This document shows, one piece after another, positions 11,398 through 26,600 of a stretch of 64,000 nt of DNA; positions within the stretch are counted from its first letter, which is position 1, and each line of letters starts with the position of its first letter. The translations under genes were made by a program, and so were the position numbers. The stretch comes from Amphiscolops sp. MND2022. Taxonomy: Eukaryota. The DNA lies in the NCBI GenBank assembly GCA_964187785.1, contig OZ076409.1, positions 74,278,001 to 74,342,000 of the forward strand. Direction: 5' to 3'. The notes beneath the pieces are model-generated. The model ran no database searches, had not been told where the DNA came from, and saw only the letters and a list, made by a program, of their open reading frames with translations.

Positions 11398-12665
11398 GTG
11401 CCGGGATTTCTATTCGTTCAAGGAAGTGGCGCGTGTGGGTAGGGCCCCTGGCGCGCTCTTGTGTTTCGGGTTCTCCTACTCCTAATTCACACCCCAGATT
11501 TCTCGGATCTCGTAAACTATCCATACGATTTGGCTGAAATTTGGCACACAGCTCCGTTGGAACAATGTAAGAACAAATCCCTACTGACGTTTTGCCCGCT
11601 AAACATTTTTTGTTGGTCAAAAATGCGATTTTCCGACAAAATTTTTGACTTTTTTTTCTTTTTCAACTCATATCTCGCCACAGGGTCACGCTAGCGCTTC
11701 GCAGCCTATGATCTTTTTTTGTAGGGCGTTGTCTGTAGAACACGTATGCCAAATTTGGTGGCGATCGGACTTAAACTCAGCGAGATAGAGCCATTTTTTA
11801 GGTGCATTTTTTGACATTTTTTGCATTTGCCGATTTATCTCTGCCATTTTTTGCCCAAATTTTTTTTGAGACACTCTCCTAAAGACCTCCCCTGGCCGGT
11901 TTACCTCCCAACAAAACCATTTGGCCCTAAATACGAAGTTTCAGCGTTCTAGCGTTCTCGGGCGAAAAGTTGTGGGACTTAGAATAGTTTTTATGGTAAC
12001 GCAAAATGTGTAAAGTCAACTTCAGGCCTCCCAAAGTCAAAGAACTTCCACACAACTAGGATTGCAAGTGGATGCATGTGGAAAGTACTCGGATAGACGA
12101 GGAAAATGAGCTATAGAACGTCTCTGTATCTTAATCTGACGTTGACTTATGATGTTTTGAATGTGGGCTTCCTAAGGGGTCCCAAATTGAAAATTTTTAA
12201 AGAAAATTAATATCGTCAAAAATTCATCGGAATGTCTGCAATATACAGCAGAGCATGTTCAATTGTAGCTGTCTAATGCATCAACGCCTTTCAAGGTCTT
12301 TTAACTCAGTTTCAAAATTTTGTACACTGTATTATTCATCCGAGAGCACAAAACAGTTGAGTACATTCCATCTCCCCTCCGTGGGAGATGAGAATGTACT
12401 CGCTAAAGTCCAGGTGCTACAGCCCATATTTGTTTTTTTGCGGCGCTATTTATGCTAGTGCGCACACGTATTAACTTTTTACCTGATTTTACTTTTGTCA
12501 GTACTTTTACTTTGACTTGACATATACTGAACATTATGTCCTTCTATCATACACATGACTAACGTCAACGCCCCATCCTTGCTTCAACGCCCACCGTCCG
12601 TGGGCATGCCGAGGCATGCCCTTCGACGACGTATGCCAAAGATATTCCCGAGCGCGTTAGCCTAG
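11398..12665 (+). mobile_element. Single 1268-bp unit lying between 2-kb units; its 5' ~800 bp is the closest relative of the autonomous element's 5' end
   Basis: It shares diagnostic stretches CACACAGCTCCGTTGGAACA and AAAGTCAACTTCAGGCCTCCCAAAGTC with 48874-49670 and is bounded by CTAG|GTG junctions. Confidence 0.85.
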
Positions 12666-15600
12666 GTGCGGGGGGGAAACCCCTTCCTTTATCTTGGAGG
12701 ATTCGGGTAGGGTCCTGAATCCGAGTTCAGTGCCGCCAGCTCTCAGTAGAAATCTGGGAAATTTTTTGCGATCTCGTGATCTAACCATAGGATTTTAAAG
12801 TTGGAGCGGCCCCCACCAGATTTTCCAAAGTTATTCGCCCCCCACCGGGTTCCAGCGTGATTGAAATATTTTGTCGGGGTACACGGGCGACCGTTAGGGG
12901 TCATTTTAGGGGTAAAATTCATATTGGGCCACATAACTTTTTTCTGTTGATTTAAAACTTTAGGACCCTGCTAAAAGTTTCTTGACCATGTTGCAGGGGC
13001 CCCGGAGGTCCAAACCAAATTTTTCTATCTTGAAGCTATCTCCAAGTACCCCCCCGCCCAAACCGTTATTTTTCCGGAAACGCCGGTTTTTGACCCGGAA
13101 GGAGTCGTCTGAGCGCGGGGTCGTTAGGTGATGTTTTGGGGACGGCCTCGAGACGAAGCGGGGGATATATAGTTTGCCGATCCCAGTTTACCCCCCGCAC
13201 GGGAAATGACCGTTATATGAGCGGGAAAAATGCCCCCCTCCACGTTTTACCGCTATTTCCGGTGTGAAGGAGTGGGAGTAGCGCGTCGGGTGTTATATAA
13301 CAAAAGTAGGTTTAGACAAGGACCTATCGGAAACATGTAGTTTGGGACCCCCTGGACCAACCCGTTAGCGAGAAATGGGGCTTCCGCCTCCATTTTTTAA
13401 TGCTAAAACCGTAAAATGGGCATTGAGGGGTAAATATCTCGTGAACGCGTGGAGCAATCGTGTCCATCACTACTACAAGGTTTCATACCCATGATATGGT
13501 GCCTTCAGGGGGGCAAACAGATTTCCGCTATCTATCACCGTTACCGACTTGGCCCCCCAGCCTAACCGCTATGTGACCGGAAATGTCACTTTTTGAGCCC
13601 AAAGGGTCGGTCCCAGCCGGGGAACGTTAGGTAACTTATTGTACTACTCAATGAGACGAGTTTGGGGATATAGTTTCAGTCACCCCCCGTTACCCCTTGG
13701 GACCGGAAATGACCGTTATGTGGGTAAATATGCAATTTTTATACTTTTTCAAGTGTATTTAGGTGCGGAAAGAGTGGTAATAGGTGCTTGGACACTTAAT
13801 GAGGTAAGGGAGGACGTGAGGCGAGCATTCGGAAATAACCGTTATGTTGACCCTAAAGTCCCCCTGGTACCGTAAACGACCGGAAATGGTCAAATTTTGT
13901 GTCTATTGGGTACAAATGTTTGGTATTTTATGGATAAAAGTACCTGGAAGGTGTTTTAAAGGCCTCCAGAAGTGAACATAGTCATGAAACCTTGTGGGGG
14001 GTAACGGTATATAGCACCGGAAGTCCAAACCGTTGGTCACAGAATAGGTTTTTTGGTTTCAAAATGTCTTTAGGCATAGTTTTGTGGGTTGAATCGTCAT
14101 AATATCAACTAATACGGACTTTTTTCGGAAATAAAATTTTTTCACATTAGTTTCAGGGACCTCCAATGCTTCAGTCAACATAACCGTTACATTTTGATAG
14201 CCTTTCAAGTTGACCTGGTGTCAACTTGGAAGGGCTATCCTTCTAAAATCGTTAATCAAGAGTGTTTTTGGGTAGGTATATGTTGCATTAGTACCAATTA
14301 GAGCTTCATCAACAGTTTGCCAACGGCAAAAACGATGTCGTGACAATTCCGTTATAAAAATATTAGTTAACAAATTGTTTTCAAAGTTGATTTTTTCCAT
14401 TAAAAATGTGTCCTAATGCCACCAAATTGAATAAAATAATAAATGGTATTGACTAAAACTAAATAACAATGAAAAAGAAGATCAACATTTTTATTAGGTC
14501 TCATTATGGAAGCTGAAACCTCACGTTTTAGTTTAATTAACGTCAACGCCACATACTTTACATCAACGCCCACCGTCTGTGGGCATGCCGAGGCATGCCC
14601 TTCGACGACGTATACCAAACAACCTCCATATCTACACCCACCCGCGGTAGCAGCTAGGTGCGGGGGGGTAACCCCTACAAAGATATTGGAGGATTCGGGT
14701 AGGGTCCTGAATCCGATTTCAACTCTAATAGCTATCGATAGGAAATCTTGCAAAAATTTCGGGATCTCGTGATCTAACCATAGGATTTTAAAGTTGGAGC
14801 GGCCCCCACCAGATTTTCCGAAAATTAGCGCCCCCCACCAGGTTCCATACCCCGGAAAATTTTTTTCTGGCCACACGGGCGACCGTTAGGGGGTCATTTT
14901 AGGGGTAAAATTCATATTGGTCCATATAACTTTTTTCCTGTTGATTTAAAAGTTTGGGAACCCTACTAAAGGTTTTTTGACCATGTTGCAAGGGCTCCGG
15001 AGGTGCAAACCAAATTTTTCTATCTTGAAGCTATCTCCAAGTACCCCCCCGCTCAAACCGTTATTTTTCCGGAAACGCAGGTTTTTGACCCGGAAGGAGT
15101 CGTCTGAGCGCGGGGTCGTTAGGTGATGTATTGGGGACGGCCTTGAGACGAAGTGGGGGACATGCAGTTTGCCAACCTCAGTTTACCCCCCGGACGGGAA
15201 ATGACCGTTATATGAGCGGGAAAAATGCCCCCCTCCACGTTTTACCGCTAATTCCGGTGTGAAGGAGTGGGAGTAGCCCGTCGGGTGCCATATATCAAAA
15301 GTAGGTTTAAACAAAGACCTATCGGAAACATGTGGTTTGGGACCCCCTGGACCAACCCGTTAGCGGGAAATGGGGCTTCCGCCTCCTTTTTTTACGGTTG
15401 AAAACGGAAAATGGGCATTGAGGGGTAAATATCTCGTGAACGCGTGGAGCTACGGTGTCCTTCACTACTACCAGGTTTCATACCCATGATATGGTGCCTT
15501 CAGGGGGGCAAACAGATTTCCGCTATCTATCACCGTTACGGACTTGGCCCCCCAGCCTAACCGTTAAGTGACCGGAAATGTCACTTTTTGAGCCCAAAGG

Positions 15601-18600
15601 GTCGGTCCCAGCCAGGGAACGTTAGGTAACTTATTGTAGTACTCATTGAGATGAGTTGGGGGACATAGTTTCAGTCACCCCCCGTTACCCCTTAAGACCG
15701 GAAATGACCGTTATGTGAGTAAATTTGCCGTTTTTGTCCTATTTGAAGGGCATTTAAATGCGGAAGGAGTGGTAATCGGTGCTTGGACACTATATGAGGT
15801 AAGGGAGGATATGAGGCGAGCATTCGGAAATAACCGTTATGTTGACCCCAAAGTCCCCCTGGTACCGTAAACGACCGGAAATGGTCAAATTTTCTGTTTA
15901 TAGGGTACAAATGTTTGGTATTTTGTAGATAAAAGTATCTATTAGGTGTGTCGACGGTCTGCAGTAGTGAACATAGTCATGAAACCTTGTGGGGGGTAAC
16001 GGTATATAGCACCGGAAGTCCAAACCGTTGGAGACAGGATAGGTTTTTTGGTTTTAAAATGTCTTTCGGCGTACTTTTGTCGACTATTAAGGACTACTTT
16101 TAAAAAATTAAAGTTTCTCCATATAGTTTTAGAGACTCCGAAACCTCAACCAACATAACCGTTACCTCATGATAGCCTTTCAAGTTGGCCTGGTGTCAAC
16201 TTCGAAGGGCTATCCTTCAAAAATCGTCAATCAAGTATGTTTTTGGGTATGTTTGTATCATTTTAGAATCAAATAGAGCTTCAAGAAAAGTTTTCCAACG
16301 ACAAAAACTATGTCGTGATGATTCCGTTATCTGAATAATAGTTAGCAAATTGTTGAGAAAATTGATTTTTTCCATATAAAATGTGTCCTAATTGCCAGGA
16401 AACCTATTTAACTAACAAATGGTATTAATTGGAATGTATGTAACAGATTTATAAAAGTTCAAATTGAATATTACCTTTCAATATGGAAGCTGAAACGTAA
16501 TATTTTAGTTTAATTAACGTCAACGCCACACACTTTACATCAACGCCCACCGTCTGTGGGCATGCCGAGGCATGCCCTTCGACGACGTATGGCAAATCCC
16601 TTCTAACGACGCCCGTACATCCCGGGCTAGGTGCGGGGGGGAAACCCCAACAAAATTTTTGGAGGATTCGGGTAGGGTCCTGAATCCGAGTTCAGTGCTG
16701 CCAGCTTTCGTTAAGAAAATTTGGATAGGATTCGGGATCTCGTGATCTAACCATAGGTTTTTAAAGTTGGAGCGGCCCCCACCAGATTTTCCGAAAATTA
16801 GCGCCCCCCACCGGGTTCCATACCCCGGAAAATTTTTTTCTGGCCACACGGGCGACCGTTAGGGGGTCATTTTAGGGGTAAATTTCATATTGGGCCACAT
16901 AACTTTTTTTCTGTTGATTTAAAACTTTGGGACCCTGCTAAAAGTTTCTTGGCCGTGTTGCAGGGGCCCCGGAGGTCCAAACCAAATTTTTCAATCTTGA
17001 AGCTATCTCCAAGTACCCCCCCGCCCAAAACGTTATTTTTCCGGAAACGCAGGTTTTAGACCCGGAAGGAGTCGTCGGAGCGCGGGGTCGTTAGGTGATG
17101 TATTGGGGACGGCCTTGAGACGAAGCGGGGGACATGTAGTTTACCGACCTCGGTTTACCCCTCGGACAGGAAATGACCGTTATATGAGCGGGAAAAATGC
17201 CCCCCTCCACGTTTTACCGCTATTTCCGGTGTGAAGGAGTGGGAGTAGCGCGTCGGGTGCCATATATCAAAAGTAGGTTTAAACAAGGACCTATCGGAAA
17301 CATGTAGTTTGGGACCCTCTGGACCAACCCGTTAGCGGGAAATGGCGCTTCCGCTTCCTTTTTTTACTGCTAAAACCGTAAAATGGGCATTGAGGGGTAA
17401 ATATCTCGTGAACGCGTGGAGCAATCGTGTCCATCACTACTACAAGGTTTCATACCCATGATATGGTGCCTTCAGGGGGGCAAACAGATTTCCGCTATCT
17501 ATCACCGTTACTGACTTGGCCCCCCAGCCTAACCGCTATGTGACCGGAAATGTCACTTTTTGAGCCCAAAGGGTCGGTCCCAGCCGGGGAACGTTAGGTA
17601 ACTTATTGTAGCACTCAATGAGACGAGTTGGGGGACATAGTTTCAGTCACCCCCCGTTACCCCTTGAGACCGGAAATGACCGTTATGTGGGTAAATTTGC
17701 ATTTTTTATACTCTTTGAAGTGCATTTATGTGCGGAAGGAGTGGTAATAGGTGCTTGGACACTATATGAGGTAAGGGAGGACGTGAGGCGAGCATTCGGA
17801 AATAACCGTTATGTTGACCCTAAAGTCCCCCTGGTACCGGAAGTGACCCGTAATGGTCAAATTTTGTGTTCAAAGGGTACAAATGTTTGGTGTTTTATGG
17901 ATAACAGTGCCTATCAGGTGTTTCGACGGTCTGCAGTCGTGAACATAGTCATGAAACCTTGTGGGGGGTAACGGTATATAGCACCGGAAGTCCAAAACTT
18001 TGGAGAAAGGATAAGTGTTTTGGTTTTAAAATGTCTTTCGGCCTACTTTTGTCGACTATTATGGTCTATTTTTGAAAAATAAAGTTTTTCCATATAGTTT
18101 CAGAGACTCCGAAACCTCAACCAACATAACCGTTACGTTATGATAGCCTTTCAAGTTGGCCTGGTGTCAACTTGGAAGGGCTATCCTTCAAAAATCATTA
18201 ATCAAGTGTGTTTTTGAGTATGTTTGTATTACTTTAGAATCAATTAGAGCTTCAAGAAAAGTTTGCCAACGACAAAAACTATGTCGTGATGATTCCGTTA
18301 TTAGAATAATGGTTAAGAAAATGTTGATAAATTTGATTCTTTACATTTCAAATGTGTCCTAAATGCCAGAAAACCTCTTTACCAAACAAATGGTTTTGAG
18401 TGAATTGTATATAACAGCTAATAAAAGTTCAAATTGAATCTTACGTTTCATTATTCAAGCTAAAACTTCATAACATAGTTTAATTAACGTCAACGCCACA
18501 CACTTTACATCAACGCCCACCGTCCGTAGGCATGCCGAGGCATGCCTTTCGACGACGTATACCAAATTCCACCCACACAACACCCCCGAGCGCGGTAGCA

Positions 18601-20601
18601 GCTAGGTGCGGGGGGGTAACCCCAACTTTTTTCTTGGAGGAATCGGGTAGGGTCCTGATTCCGAGTTCAGTGCCGCCAGCTATCGTTAAAAACCTATACC
18701 TTTTAAACCCGATCTCGAGAACTAACCACGCCCCTTCTTTAATTTTTTGGCCCCCACTCACTTTTTGAGAGTAGATCGCCCCCCATTGGGTTCGATGTTG
18801 GGCAAAAATGGAGATCATGGGTAACGGGGACCGTTAAGGGGTAACTCAGGGGGTAAAATTTATTTTTTGCGTCATATCTTTTCCCCCCGTGGATTTAGCG
18901 CTTCCGGTCAGCAGACAAAACCTCATGTACGTGATACGGGGCCTCCGTAGGTCCAAACAAAATTTTTCTATCATGCACCGTTACGGACTTGCCCCCCCGG
19001 CCCAACCGTTATTTTGCCGGAAATTGCACTTTTTGACCGGGAAGGAGTCGTCTGAGCACGGAGTCGTTTGGTAATGTTTTGTAGTGCATCTGGAGACGTG
19101 TTGGGGGACATGTAGTTTGCCGGCCCCAGTTTACCCCCCGGACGGGAAATGACCGTTATGTGAGTTTTAAAACTACCCCCCTTCAATTTTCCCCGTTATT
19201 TCCGGTGTGAAGGAGTGGGAGTAGCGCGTCGGGTGCCATATATCAAAAGTAGGTTTAGACAAGGACCAACCGGAAACTTGTGGTTTGGGACCCCCTGACC
19301 CAACCCGTTAGCCGTTATAAGGGTGATCGCCTCCTTTTTTTACTCTCAAAACCGGAAAATGGGCATTGAGGGGTAAATATCTCGTGAACGCGTGGAGCAA
19401 TCGTGTCCATCACTACTACAAGGTTTCATACCCATGATATGGTGCCTTCAGGGGGGCAAACAGATTACCGCTATCTATCACCGTTACCGACTTGGCCCCC
19501 CAGCCTAACCGCTATGTGACCGGAAATTGCACTTTTTGAGCCCAAAGGGTCGATCCTAGCCGGGCAACGTTAGGTAACTTATTGTAGTACTCATTGAAAC
19601 GAGTTGGGGGACATAGTTTCAGTCACCCCCCGTTACCTCTTAGGACCGGAAATGACCGTTATGAGGGTAAAATTGCAATTTTTATACATTTTGAAGGGCA
19701 TTTAGGTGCGGAAGGAATGGTAATCGGTGCTTGGACACTATATGATGTAATGGAGGTCGTGAGGAGAGCATTCGGAAGTAACCGTTACGTTGACCCCAAA
19801 GTCCCCCTGGTACCGTTAACAACCGGAAATGGCCAAATTTTGTGTTTATAGGGTACAAATGTTTGGTATTTTATGGATAAAAGTACCTGGAAGGTGTTTT
19901 AAAGGCCTCCAGAAGTGAACATAGTCATGAAACTTTGTGGGGGGTAACGGTATATAGCACCGGAAGTCCAAACCGTTAGTTACAGAATAGGTTTTTTGGT
20001 TTCAAAATGTCTTTAGGCGTAGTTTTGTGGGTTGAATCGTCATAATATCAACTAATACGGACTTTTTTCGGAAATAAAATTTTTTCACATTAGTTTCAGG
20101 GACCTCCAATGTTTCAGTCAACATAACCGTTACATTTTGATAGCCTTTCAAGTTGGCCTGGTGTCAACTTGGAAAGGCTATCCTTCTAAAATCGTTAATC
20201 AAGAGTGTTTTTGGGGAGGTATATGTTGTATTAGTACCAATTAGAGCTTCATCAACAGTTTGCCAACGGCAAAAACGATGTCTTGATAATTCCGTTAAAA
20301 GAATATTAATTAACAAATTGTTTCCAAAGTTGATTTTTTCCATTCGAAGTGTGTCCTAATGCCACCAAATTGAATAAAATAATAAATGGTATTGACTAAA
20401 ACTAAATAACATTGAAAAAGAAGCTCAACATTTTTAATAGGTCTCATTATGGAAGCTGAAACCTCACGTTTTAACTTAATTAACGTCAACGCCACATACT
20501 TTACATCAACGCCCACCGTCCGTAGGCATGCCGAGGCATGCCTTTCGACGACGTATACCAAATTCCACCCACACAACACCCCCGAGCGCGGTAGCAGCTA
20601 G
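12666..20601 (+). mobile_element. Four ~2-kb non-autonomous units (12666-14657; 14658-16630; 16631-18605; 18606-20601)
   Basis: Homologous to 7430-11397 throughout and bounded by the same junction motif. Confidence 0.85.
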
Positions 20602-23600
20602 GTGGCCGTGTCTTTTCGACGTGCTTTTGCATCGAGGAGTGGGTAGGGCCCCGCGACGACCTAGAAGAATTGGATGCTCACCGAAACGTGCAGAATTCTA
20701 CGAGATCTCATAGTTTGAGCCATACAATTTTTCTGAAATTTGGCATGTGGCCTGGAATTGGTGAGTAGGTAAAACGTGTAGGAGGTGATTTTTCCCAAAT
20801 TCCACTGTGAGACGAGATATGGGCAAATAACGGTCCCAAAAATGGCAAAAATGCACTTTTTTCAACTTTGTCAGCCCATATCTCGTTCCCAGGTGCCCGG
20901 AGCGGGACGCGTTAAGCTGATTATAAACTCTAGGGTGTTGAGGCTGTACGGGGAAGTCAGGCCCGTTCCGATCGGACTTGTAGTCTTGGAGAAATAACGG
21001 TATTTTTGGGGAACCTTTTCTAACGGTCCAGCTTATCTTTGCCATTTTTTCGAAAATGTACTCGCCTAAAGGCCTCCCCCTGGCCGAATTTACTCCCAGC
21101 AAAACCATTTGGCCCTAAATACGGAGTTTCAGCGTTCCAGCATTCCCGGGCGAAAAGTTGTGGGACTTGGAAAATTTTCAAAAATTTTCAAAAAATTTTT
21201 TTTCCGTTTTCCGGGCCCCCAATGAAGGGGAAACGACCCCCCAACCAGTATTTTGAGTGAATTCATGTGGAAAGCCCTTGTTTTGACGAGAAAAATACCG
21301 TTTAGAACATCTTTTTATCTTGACTCAACGTTGACTTATGACGTTTTGAATGTGATGTAAGGATGTAGGAGGCATGTGATAAGTTGATGTTTTGAGTCTT
21401 TATCTCATATGAAAGCGGTTGAGATGCAAGCTGTCCTGCTCAAAACGTCTTTCGTTGTAACTTTCCAGTGCACCAATACCCTTTGGTGTCATATAAACAT
21501 ACTTTTTGTCGATATATTAACAATTTTAATGTATTTATTCCAATTTTTATTATCTTATAACTCAAAACAGTTGAGTACATTTCATCTCCCTTTCGGGGGA
21601 GATGAGAATGTACTCGCTAAAGACCTAGCGCCATGACCAAAAATTTGAAACCCACGTTTTTTATCTTCTTACAGACTTGTTTTTGTATTTTTTCGGAATT
21701 TTTTAAAAATTAATATACTTGAAATACATTACTTGACTTTACTACTACAACCCACCTCCAACGACAACGCCCCCCTGCTTGCATCAACGCCCACCGTCCG
21801 TGGGCATGCCGAGGCATGCCCTTCGACGACGTATGCCAAATGCCCAGTGCCACGCAGTCATTATCGCTAGGTGCCGGGATTTCTATTCGATAAAGTATGT
21901 GGCGCGTGTGGGTAGGGTCCCTGGCGCGCTCTTGGGTATGGTGTTCACCAGCTAGGAAATAGGGGTCGATTTTTCGGGATCTCCTAAACTAGCCACACGA
22001 TTTGGCTGAAATTTGGCACACGTACTCCCCTCGGCACGGTGAAGATGATTTCCTACTGACGTTTTTCCCGCAAAATTTTTTTTGTTGTCCAAAATAACGG
22101 TTTTTGGGGTAAAATTTTGAACTTTTTTTAAATTTCATCTTATATCTCGCCACGGGTTTACGCTAGCGCTTCAAAACCCTGCTAAAGAAAGCTTGCAAAC
22201 TGTCTCAGGAATGCGGTGTGAAATTTTCAGCTCAATCGGACTCAAACTCGGGGAGATATAGCGTTTTTCCGGAGCGGGGGGGTTTCATTTTTCTAACGGT
22301 CCAGCTTATCTTTGCCATTTTTTCGAAAATGCACTCGCCTAAAGGCCTCCCCTGGCCGGTTTTATCCCCAGCAAAACCATTTGGCCCTAAATACGGAGTT
22401 TCAGCGTTCCAGCATTCCCGGGCGAAAAGTTGTGGGACTTAGAAAAATTCAAAAATTTTCAAAAATTTTTTTTTCCGTTTTTTGGGCCCCCAAAGTGGGG
22501 GAAAAGACCCCCCAACCAGGAAGGCAAGTAAATGCATGTGGAAAGCCCTTGTTTAGAGGAGAAAAATGCCGTTTAGAACGTCTTTTTATCTTGGCTCAAC
22601 GTTGACTTATGACGTTTTGAAGGTGATGTTTGGAGGTGTAAAGCACGAGAATAGTAAACGTTATGAGTATTTATCTGATCTGAAAGCCATTGAGATGCAA
22701 TATGGTTTGCTCAAAACGTAATTCATTGCAGTTTGGCAGTCAATCATCACCCTTTGTTGTAGTTTGACATACTTTTTTGTTGTTATAATAAAAAATTTTG
22801 TGTATTTATTCATTTTTTTCTCATCAAATAACTTGAAACAGTTGAGTACATTCCATCCCCCCCTTCCGGGGGAGATGAGAATGTACTCACAAAAAGCCCC
22901 GAACTACGGCCCTTACCTTCCCGAGCTACGCAGTATAAGGATTACATATTGGTTCCGACATTTTCATAGAGTTATATCTTGGTAATCTGTCTGGATATGC
23001 ACAAAAATCAGCACGTGCCTTTTAATACCAAGTTGCTCATAACGACAATTATTTTATATCAACGCCCCCATATTTATTAACGCCCCCCGTCCGTGGGCAT
23101 GCCGAGGCATGCCCTTCGACGACCCGCACCAAAATATACGTCGAGCGCGGTAGCAGCTAGGTGCCGGGATTTCTATTCGATAAAGTATGTGGCGCGTGTG
23201 GGTAGGGTCCCTGGCGCGCTCTTGGGTATGGTGTTCACCAGCTAGGAAATAGGGGTCGATTTTTCGGGATCTCCTAAACTAGCCACACGATTTGGCTGAA
23301 ATTTGGCACACGTACTCCCCTCGGCACGGTGAAGATGATTTCCTACTGACGTTTTTCCCGCAAAATTTTTTTTGTTGTCCAAAATAACGGTTTTTGGGGT
23401 AAAATTTTGAACTTTTTTTAAATTTCATCTTATATCTCGCCACGGGTTTACGCTAGCGCTTCAAAACCCTGCTAAAGAAAGCTTGCAAACTGTCTCAGGA
23501 ATGCGGTGTGAAATTTTCAGCTCAATCGGACTCAAACTCGGGGAGATATAGCGTTTTTCCGGAGCGGGGGGGTTTCATTTTTCTAACGGTCCAGCTTATC

Positions 23601-26600
23601 TTTGCCATTTTTTCGAAAATGCACTCGCCTAAAGGCCTCCCCTGGCCGGTTTTATCCCCAGCAAAACCATTTGGCCCTAAATACGGAGTTTCAGCGTTCC
23701 AGCATTCCCGGGCGAAAAGTTGTGGGACTTAGAAAAATTCAAAAATTTTCAAAAAAATTTTTTTCCGTTATTTGGGCCCCCAAAGTGGGGGAAAAGACCC
23801 CCCAATCAGTAAAGCAAGTAAATGCATGTGGAAAGCCCTTGTTTAGAGGAGAAAAATGCCGTTTAGAACGTCTTTTTATCTTGGCTCAACGTTGACTTAT
23901 GACGTTTTGAAGGTGATGTTTGGAGGTGTAAAGCACGAGAATAGTAAACGTTATGAGTATTTATCTGATCTGAAAGCCATTGAGATGCAATATGGTTTGC
24001 TCAAAACGTAATTCATTGCAGTTTGGCAGTCAATCATCACCCTTTGTTGTCGTTTGACATACTTTTTTGTTGTTATAATAAAAAATTTTGTGTATTTATT
24101 CATTTTTTTCTCATCAAATAACTTGAAACAGTTGAGTACATTCCATCCCCCCCTTCCGGGGGAGATGAGAATGTACTCGCAAAAAGCCCCGAACTACGGC
24201 CCTTACCTTCCCGAGCTACGCAGTATAAGGATTACATATTGGTTCCGACATTTTCAAAGAGTTATATCTTGGTAATCTGTCTGGATAAGCACAAAAATCA
24301 GCACGTGCCTTTTAATACCAAGTTGCTCACAACGACATTTATTTTATATCAACGCCCCCATATTTATCAACGCCCCCCGTCCGTGGGCATGCCGAGGCAT
24401 GCCCTTCGACGACGTATACCAAGATATGTTCGAGCGCGTTAGCCTAGGTGCCGGTGTCTTTTTACACAATGGGGGAAGTTGCGCGGTTGGGGAGGGTCCC
24501 TGACGCGCTTCCGTGAGATCAGGTTTTTCAACTAGTGAAATCGACAAAGAAAATTGAGATCTCGTAAACTAGCCATACGATTTGGCTGAAATTTGGCACA
24601 CGTACCCCCCTCGGCACGGTGAAGATGATTCCCTACTGACGTTTTTCCCGCTAAACATTTTTTGTTGACCAAAATAACGGTTTTTGGGGTAAAATTTTCA
24701 ACTTTTTTTAAATTTCATCTTATATCTCGCCACGGGTTTACGCTAGCGCTTCCAAACCTTGCTGACGAAAGTTTGCAAACTGTCTCAGGAATGCTGTGTG
24801 AAAATTTCAGCTCAATCGGACTCAAACTCAGGGAGATATAGCGTTTTTCCGGAGCGGGGGGGTTTCATTTTTCTAACGGTCCAGCTTATCTTAGCCATTT
24901 TTTCGAAAATGTACTCGCCTAAAGACCTCCCCTGGGCGGTTTTATTCCCAGCAAAACCATTTGGCCCTAAATACGGAGTTTCAGCGTTCCAGCATTCTCG
25001 GGCGAAAAGTTGTGGGACTTAGAAAATTTCAAAAATTTTCAAAAAATTTTTTTTTCGTTATTTGGGCCCCCAAAGTGGGGGAAAAGACCCCCCAACCAGT
25101 AAATCAAGTGAATGCATGTGGAAAGGCCATGTTTAGAGGAGAAAAATGCCGTTTAGAACGTCTTTTTATCTTGGCTCAACGTTGACTTATGACGTTTTGA
25201 AGGTGATGTTTGGAGGTGTAAAGCAAGTGAATAGTAAACGTTATGAGTATTTATCTGATCTGAAAGCCATTGAGATGCAATATGATTGCTCAAAACGTAA
25301 TTCATTGCAGTTTGGCAATCAATCAACACCCTTTGTTGTCGTTTGACATACTTTTTTGTTGTTAAAATAAAAAATTTTGTGTATTTATTCATTTTTTTCT
25401 CATCAAATAACTTGGAACAGTTGAGTACATTCCATCCCCCCCTTCCGGGGGAGATGAGAATGTACTCGCAAAAAGCACCGAACTACGGCCCTTACCTTCC
25501 CGAGCTACGCAGTATAAGGATTACATATTGGTTCCGACATTTTCATAGAGTTATATCTTGGTAATCTGTCTGGATATGCCGAAAAATCAGCACGTGCCTT
25601 TTAATACCAAGTTGCTCACAACGACAATTATTTTATATCAACGCCCCCATATTTATCAACGCCCCCCGTCCGTGGGCATGCCGAGGCATGCCCTTCGACG
25701 ACCCGCACCAAAATATGCGTTAGCGCGGTAGCCGCTAGGTGCCGGTGTTTTTTTACACAATGGGGGAAGTTGCGCGGTTGGGGAGGGTCCCTGACGCGCT
25801 TCCGTGGTATCGGGTCTTTCAACCGATGAAAACGACATAAAAAATTGGGATCTCGTAAACTAGCCATACGATTTGGCTGAAATTTGGCACACGTACCCCC
25901 CTCGGCACGGTGAAGATGATTCCCTACTGACGTTTTTCCCGCTAAACATTTTTTGTTGACCAAAATAACGGTTTTTGGGGTAAAATTTTCAACTTTTTTT
26001 AAATTTCATCTTATATCTCGCCACGGGTTTACGCTAGCGCTTCCAAACCTTGCTGACGAAAGTTTGCAAACTGTCTCAGGAATGCGGTGTGAAATTTTCA
26101 GCTCAATCGGACTTAAACTCGAGGAGATATAGCGTTTTTCCGGAGCGGGGGGGTTTCATTTTTCTAACGGTCCAGCTTATCTTAGCCATTTTTTCAAAAA
26201 TGTAATCGCCTAAAGGCCTCCCCTGGCCGGTTTTATTCCCAGCAAAACCATTTGGCCCTAAATACGGAGTTTCAGCGTTCCAGCATTCCCGGGCGAAAAG
26301 TTGTGGGACTTAGAAAGTTTCAAAAATTTTCAAAAATTTTTTTTCCGTTATTTGGGCCCCCAAAGTGGGGGAAAAGACCCCCCAACCAGTAAAGCAAGTG
26401 AATGCATGTGCAAAGCCCTTGTCTGGACGAGAAAAATGCCGTTTAGAACGTCTTTTTATCTTGGCTCAACGTTGACTTATGACGTTTTGAAGGTGATGTT
26501 TGGAGGTGTAAAGCACGTGAATAGTAAACGTTATGAGTATTTACCTGATCTGAAAGCCATTGAGATGCAATATGGTTTGCTCAAAACGTAATTCATTGCA

